This document shows positions 60,739 through 64,000 of a stretch of DNA of 64,000 nucleotides, piece by piece. Position 1 is the first letter of the stretch; every line of letters starts with the position of its first letter. Origin of the DNA: Hormiphora californensis (lineage: Eukaryota > Animalia > Ctenophora). The notes beneath the pieces were generated by a model. It ran no database searches. It was given only the letters and a program-made list of their open reading frames with translations, and was not told where the DNA came from. Position numbers and translations under genes: made by a program. The stretch is from assembly GCA_020137815.1 (NCBI GenBank), contig CM035352.1, forward strand, positions 2,170,001 to 2,234,000. The letters are read 5' to 3'.

Positions 60739-62955
60739 TCAACCTCCCCCATTCACTCCCTCCTCCTCCCCTCCTCCACCAGCACCCTCCTTATTTCCAG
60801 TGTCATGTTCCTGGATACTAGTCCTCATTAACTTCCACAATCTATCCTCCTCATCCTCATCTTCCTCGTCGCTTGCCAGCGCCTTGCTTCTCCTACTCAC
60901 CACCTCCTCTGTGACACTGCCCGTATGATGCGATGAGAAGGCCCGAGGTTCACTACCCACTAACTCTATTGTGTTGTTCAGCAAGAACTCAACGATCACA
61001 CAGGGGGTCTGGCGTCGGTCTTTATCTGCCAGGATTGAAAGGGCTGCTGCATCTTCAGGCCAAGATATCAAGCTTGGTCCTATACAGGTGGCGAGGGTCT
61101 TACAGTCCATTAGGTTGACCGAGGAAAAGGAATCAATTCGGCGTAGGAGATGTAGAACGTATCGTAGTAAAGTGAGATTATTCGGGGGCACCTTGTTCAA
61201 AATCTCTCTCATCCTCACACAAGCACTGTCAGGGTCTTTCTCCCTGCTTTCCCGCCATCCCTCCAGCGTGGGAAAGAGGTATTTGGGAACCAAACCCCCG
61301 GGTAGGGAGCGGAAAAAGTATTTTAGCAGGGATGCCGCGACATTTGGCATGAAGAATCTATCCTGTTGCTCCTCCGCCATCCAGTCGATCTTCTCCCCCG
61401 CTTCTAACCGCTTCTCATATCCCTTCTGAACGACCAGAGACCCCGGAATTCGGAAGATCCCCTCACAATTGTAACAGTTCCGGTAGATGTACAACATGAG
61501 ATCTAGAATGTACACTGGTACCTGGTTGTCAGCCATGAATGTGCTCAGTTCCACCCCAAAGACTGTGTTGGCAGGGGTAACGGTTGCTAGGAGAGATGTA
61601 GAGGAGGAGATTCTGGGTCGTGATGCAGACCGGGTGTTGCCTTTAACGGTAAAACTGAAGACTGACCGGGCGGCCATTGGGTTAGAAGTTGGACTGGTCC
61701 GATCAGAGCTCTCCTGGAGAACAAATATATACTGTAAATCCTGATCAGAGGTCCCTGGCACGCACATCTTGTACTCATGTTGGAGAACCAGTGGCCTCTC
61801 CATCCAAACTAGCTCTTCCTCACTCACAATCGTTGTGTTTTGAAGGACGAGAAAGGAGAGGGTGTAAGCGTTATCGATCATCTGACAGACCCTGACCGCC
61901 TCCGTGATAACATCTTGTACAGAGGTGGAGAGTTCAACTTGCAGTTCCTGACAACTCATCCCTTGCCACATACTATCACCCGGTACCTGGACCCTACTGT
62001 CTGACTTCTTAAAATACACCTTGATAACACCCTTAGAGAGACCCTGCATCTTCTCCTGGCTCCGTGTGATGTGTCTCTGGAGCAGGGTGAACCAGTGGAC
62101 TCTGCTGACCTTGGAAGGGAAACTGAATATCACTCTGTGTAGGAGTTCATCGTCAACCGCAAAACCAATCCAAGTTGCCAGGAAGGCATTCTCAGGTCTC
62201 TCAATGTGTTTGAATCCCGTACTATCTTTATACTCGCTGATACACATTTGTTTTAGTTTGACAACCCTCACAATTCTCATACTCCTGCCACGGACCTTGC
62301 TGAAGATGAGCAACTGATCGAAAAGAAGGAGTTGGTATGTGTGGACCTCTGTTTCCCATCTCACTTTCACCTTTCCAATACTGTTCACATAATAGTCGGA
62401 AGCATGGGTTGCTTTGGCAGCGTCCGGCCGTGGTGGTTTCACCCCTGTCAGAATGTTTACATGTTCTTCCTTCTTCAGGGCGTTCAAAATGTCTGGAGTT
62501 AGTTCTGAGGCGTCATATTGATGGCCGCCTAACTCGAATTTCTCACTTGTAGTCGAGGTAGATGAGGTGGATGAGCGGTGATGATTGTTATTATTATTGG
62601 ATCCACCGATCAGATCTGCAGATGTCCTGGATCGGTTAAAACTCTTCTTGATTTCCTTTCGTTTCCACCGTTTTCCCGTATCAGGTTCCTCGTGAAGAAG
62701 TTTGATAAAGGTCGAGAATTCTCCTCCTGCAATATCTCCAAGCATTCCTTCAATCCGCCGGTATTCGTCAACCTGCAGTGTGCAATTAGTAAACCAAGTT
62801 GGCTTCGTGTAGGGGTGACTGCGTCACCAATAAACCAAGCTACTCTCGGGATTCTCAAACCAGTAAGTAAACACAAACTCTAAATGATTTGCACCACCTA
62901 GAATAACTGCATACCTCTCTCCGTCGGATAAGATCAGTGTAACTGTCAGGTAGGT
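60739..62955 (-). CDS. PH-RA-RhoGAP protein, paralogue 2 (exons ~62955-62915 and 62772-60739; upstream exons lie in the noisy zone or beyond the window; 3' end uncertain)
   Basis: Collinear with paralogue 1: LPDSYTDLIRRRE|VDEYRRIEGMLG, TPDILNALKKEE, KVKVRWETEVHTYQLLLF (PH), GVIKVYF..SVQDVITEAVR..ERPLVLQ (RA), VFGVEL..EGIFRIPG..VAASLLKYFFRSLPGGL..NLMDCKTLATCIGPSL (RhoGAP with Arg finger). Confidence 0.88.
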
Positions 62956-64000
62956 TTTTTCCCCCCCCTTTTCTTGCTGCAAAAACCAAAATCGGGTTAA
63001 AATTAAATTGCTTGAGGGATTTTTCTAGAAACGCCTCAAAGAATTCTTTGTACCGTCGTAATCTTTCAATCTGAATGAAGGAGAAAATGGGAAAGTGAGA
63101 GGATTAAGAAAAAAATAAAAAGGAGAAGAGAGAGAAGAGAGAGAGGGGGAAGAAGGGGAAGGGGGGGCCCGAGGGGGGGGGAAGAGGGGAGGGGCCCCCC
63201 TTTTTTTTTGTTTTTTTTTTTTTCCCCCTTTTTTCCCTGTTTTTTTTTTTTTTTGCCCCCCCAGAAGACCTACAAAAAATTTTTTAATTCGGGGGTTCGT
63301 TATTTTTTCAACGATTGAGACAATTTTAAAATTTAAAATATTTTTCTCAAGGGTTGCAAAGGTTTTGAATAGACAGCACGCTAGGTTGGAATCGTAAGAG
63401 AGACCTGCGGGGAAACACGGGGGAAAAAAACCCCGGGGGAAGTCCGGGTTAAATGGCAATTGTTGGGTACCAAGCATAAAAATAAATGGGGGGGGGGCGG
63501 ACTCTAATAAAAGGGTCTCTTTGCCTACAAACCCAAAGAGGGTTTTAGGTCTAAACCAGTTTTATATTAGTCCCCCCGATTTAAGTGGTATCCAAAAAGG
63601 GGGGGAAAAAATGGACAAAGGGTCCCACAAATGGATCAAAAATTTTATTTTATTTGGAAAAAAATTTGCCATAAATTGCAAAAAAACGGGGGGCCAAAAA
63701 AGGCGGTCCACTGTGTTTTGTAAGTTTTAATCTTTAAAACCCCCACTAACTTTGAAATGAATTCCAAAGGATATTTATTTTTTGAAAGGGGAATAGCGGC
63801 AAATCTAAAACGTTATTTTTTTGTTATCAATAAATTTGTTGATTGTTATTGAAAACCTTTTTTATTGCCCTAAAATAGCACTGGATGGGGATGATACGGC
63901 AGTTTTCAAACAAACAACCGATTCTCTAAATTTGTATGGAATTTCCTTTCTCCTTTCTTCCTCTTCTCTCCTCTCCTTTTCCCTTTTTCACTCACCGGCA

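Noticed and set aside
62960-64000. ORFs 63025-63477 and 63521-63730
   Set aside because: Homopolymer-inflated, low-quality sequence giving low-complexity translations.

Overview
Eukaryotic (animal) genomic DNA with GT-AG introns, many (CT/GA)n microsatellites and many inverted-repeat transposons. From memory, two short repeat families resemble repeats common in the ctenophore Pleurobrachia; this is unverified. Exons were assembled by hand. Host genes: (1) a + strand spliced DH(RhoGEF)-PH-C2 module at about 2129-5773, matching the C-terminus of long intersectin; (2) a + strand ERM/merlin-like FERM gene from 6685 that runs into an error-rich zone near 21 kb; (3) a - strand intersectin-like EH-EH-coiled-coil-SH3 gene at 44191 to about 22562; (4) a two-exon secreted 12-Cys protein gene nested antisense in an intersectin intron (27296-27828); (5) two tandem - strand paralogues with PH-RA-RhoGAP domains, the complete one also carrying an N-terminal DH domain (58761-45914). 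Mobile DNA: an intact two-ORF LINE of the CR1/L2 group, a palindromic Merlin (IS1595-type) transposon with an 8-bp TSD, a 3.1-kb foldback element, and MITEs with TA, TTAA or 8-bp TSDs, several nested. Main leads: the intersectin halves on opposite strands (misassembly, inversion or trans-splicing), the DH-PH-RA-RhoGAP architecture, the nested Cys-rich gene and the symmetrised Merlin element. Regions ~18-22.5 kb and >62.95 kb look like poorly polished long-read sequence, so frameshifts there may be artefacts.
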